From a virus, in the IMG/VR virus record IMGVR_UViG_3300023109_000014, positions 18,462 to 82,461 of that record: a DNA stretch of 64,000 bases; one strand, written 5' to 3'. The notes below the pieces were generated by a model. The model was not told the origin of the DNA, ran no database searches, and saw only the letters and a list, made by a program, of their open reading frames with translations. The stretch's first letter is position 1, and every line of letters starts with the position of its first letter. A program made the position numbers and the translations under genes. This document shows, piece after piece, positions 45,901 to 48,900 of this stretch.

Positions 45901-48900
45901 TTTAATGACTGAAGACGGACAGTTTGTTTCTAAGATTGGTGATCAACCCATATCTAAAGAAAAAATATACGAGTTAATTGCTGAGACTACTCCTGGAAAT
46001 AAATACGTTTATAAATCGGGCGATAAATTCTCAAGATTTCAAGAAATTTGGAGTAAGAAGTTTGGCGGCAATTTTACAAAAGGAGCTATGGGTCTTTTCG
46101 GAAACTCTTCCGCAAAGTTTACTTTAAGTAGTTCTGGATCTTTTTCCGATTTAGGGGACACTTCTTTTTCTGGAGAACAAGGGGGAGTATTTGAGGTTCA
46201 GAGAGCAAGGCAGGATGCTGCATTAGGCGCTCAGCCTCAAGCAGAGCCAGAAGTTTTAGGAAGGTATAATATTCTTGACCCAAATGAAAAGCTTATGATG
46301 TCTATACAGCAGAGCGCTAGAAATAATTTTAAAGGGGCGGAAGGCCCAACTGGTTTTAAAAGTATATACGAAGGAATGTCCTTGAGCGCTAGAGAGAGTT
46401 TTAAGAGGAAATATAAAGACCAAATCGAACAAAAGGTTCCGCCTTCTATAGTTAAACAACTTAATAATTATATTTCAAAAGTAGATAAAACTGATTTATA
46501 TGGAGTCGCTAAAGGAGATTTGGTTCCAAATTATCTCAAGAAAAAGATTGAGAATAGGTCTTCTTTAACAAGAGGAGAGAGGGATGAATTAAGAGAATAC
46601 AAAAGAAGAGAAGGCGAAGCTCAAAGAATTGTCCAAGAAAAAAGAAGGACTTCTGGAATATCTAGAGCTGCTGGTCATTTAATTGACCAACATAGTGTTG
46701 ATGAGCCTTTAGCTAGATTTATATCATCCTCTCCTGGTTATCAGTCTTTTAGGCAGTTGAGTAGTGCAGATAAATTAATTAAAGAAGTTCAAGCTGCTGA
46801 TATTTCTGTAGTGTCAAGAAAAATTGGCGGTTCAAGGATATCCTCAGAAAAAGATCGGCGCAAAAAATTAGAAAGTTTGCAAAGACAAAGAACTGCTTAT
46901 TATAATAACTTCAGGGCTAGCGTGGAAAGAGACCCTTCTTCAAGCAAGAATATCATTTTTGATTCTGTTCACCCCAGGGGATTTAGAGCCAACCCAGATA
47001 TTGCACAAATTTCAAATAATGTTATTCGTCGCCCAGTAATTTCTGAACTAAGTGACGCAGAAAAGAAAGCTGCTCTAAGATTGAATATTGACGTGGAAGA
47101 CGAGTTAATTAGAACTGACTCTAATGGTGTCCCAATGTACAAAGAGGAGAGTCGTAATGGAGTTCGTAGATTTGAAGGTACTGGGCCCTTTGATATTATT
47201 ACAAAAACAAACAAATTAGAAGGTGTTCATGAAACTTTTGATTTAGATGTTGTTCAAAAGGCTGCAGCTAATGCAGCTCGAGAGATAAGGGCAAAGAAAG
47301 ATATTCAAACAGAAAAAATTGAAAGCAATATTGAATTCGACCCAGCTTACGATACTAATAATGATGGAAAATTAACTGGAAAAGAGTTAGAAAGAAAAAG
47401 GACTATGGAGGAAATCGCAAAAAGAAACCAAGCTTCTAGTGTGAGGCCGTCTGCAAAAGGTTTTGCCCCTCCTAAAAAGTCAGCTCCTTTTCGACCCAAC
47501 CCTTCGAAACCTAAAAATTTCTCTGCAAAAGCTTCGTTACACCAAGCGTATTCAGAAATTAAGCAGTCCGTGCTCGCCAATTATAAAAAGCCTGTTACTC
47601 CAGATCAAGTTGGTATTGCTAACTTAAGGTCTGGAACAGGGAGGCACGAAAAGAGAGTTGTGAATTCTCAGGAAAAAATGTTTAATTATGGAGGTTTAGA
47701 TTTTGTTGCTCCACCTAAGAATTCAGGAGCTGCAAGAAAATATGCTTCAGATGTAGAATCTGATTTTGGAATTGATCCTTATGATAAAAATATTAAATAT
47801 GCTGCCGAAGGGTTTATTCCAGATAGAGGTCAAGTAGCCAAAGCAGAAAAAAATCCAATTCCTGGAATTAATAAATTAAACGTTAATATAGATTCTTTAT
47901 CAAAAGTTTTAAACACTAAAATGTTTCAAACAAAAGAAGTTCAAACAAATAAACATGAATCTGATTCAAGTGAATTCACGAAAGATAGTGGGTCGACCAG
48001 TTCCTTCGAGAGGAGTTCTGAAACAACAAGTATAATTAAGGGTATTTCTTCTATTGGTCCTGCAGTAGGATTAAGCGTTAGCGCTGCTTTAATCTCTGGT
48101 CTAACTAAAATGAAGGCAGACCAAAAAATTGAATCTAGGTTAAATAATAAAATAGGTTTAGCTCCAAGCGAGGATAATAATACCTCAAGGGAGGCGGTTT
48201 TTGACTTTAGTGCTGATTTTGATAAGCTCCGCGACGGTTTTAAGACACTTGATAAGGCTCCAGTTGGACGTGGAATTGAAGCTGTCGTCACTGGATTAAG
48301 CTCTCTTCTTTCACAATTTTCAGTTGATGGCGGCTCAACTCATTCTAACACTGAATCCGAAGCTATTAATGCACCTAAGGTTATACAAGATACCGTTACA
48401 TCATCCTCTGTCTCCGAGTTAATGGAGAAAGTGGCAAAACAGTTCTTAACTAAGCAGAGCGACAGGTTTAATAATAAAGAAGATAATAAACCTACTGGGG
48501 AAATTATGGACGCAACACTTAGTCCTTTAGTCGAGATCTGGAAAAAGGTTTCAACTTCAATCAAAGAGTCTATGGTTGAAAAGGAAAAAAAATCAAAGAT
48601 AGACGACGAAAGAAAATCAAAAGAAAGGGGAGATTTAAGAAAACAATCTAGCAAACTTGAATCAATGAATCAGGAAACTTCTGATTCTTCTACTGAAGAT
48701 GTTGATAGTTCCGACTCTTCTGAGATTGCTAAGGCATTTAAACCTTTTGATTCCTCTTTGCAAAAATTGATAGCTTTAACTAAGGCGTGTTGCAACGACA
48801 AGTCTTTGTTAAATTTAATTAAAGAGTCTAACACTCAGTTGGATTCAATAGAGTCTCCAGATCTAGATTCCGCCCTAAAGAAAATGATTAACTTTGAAAA

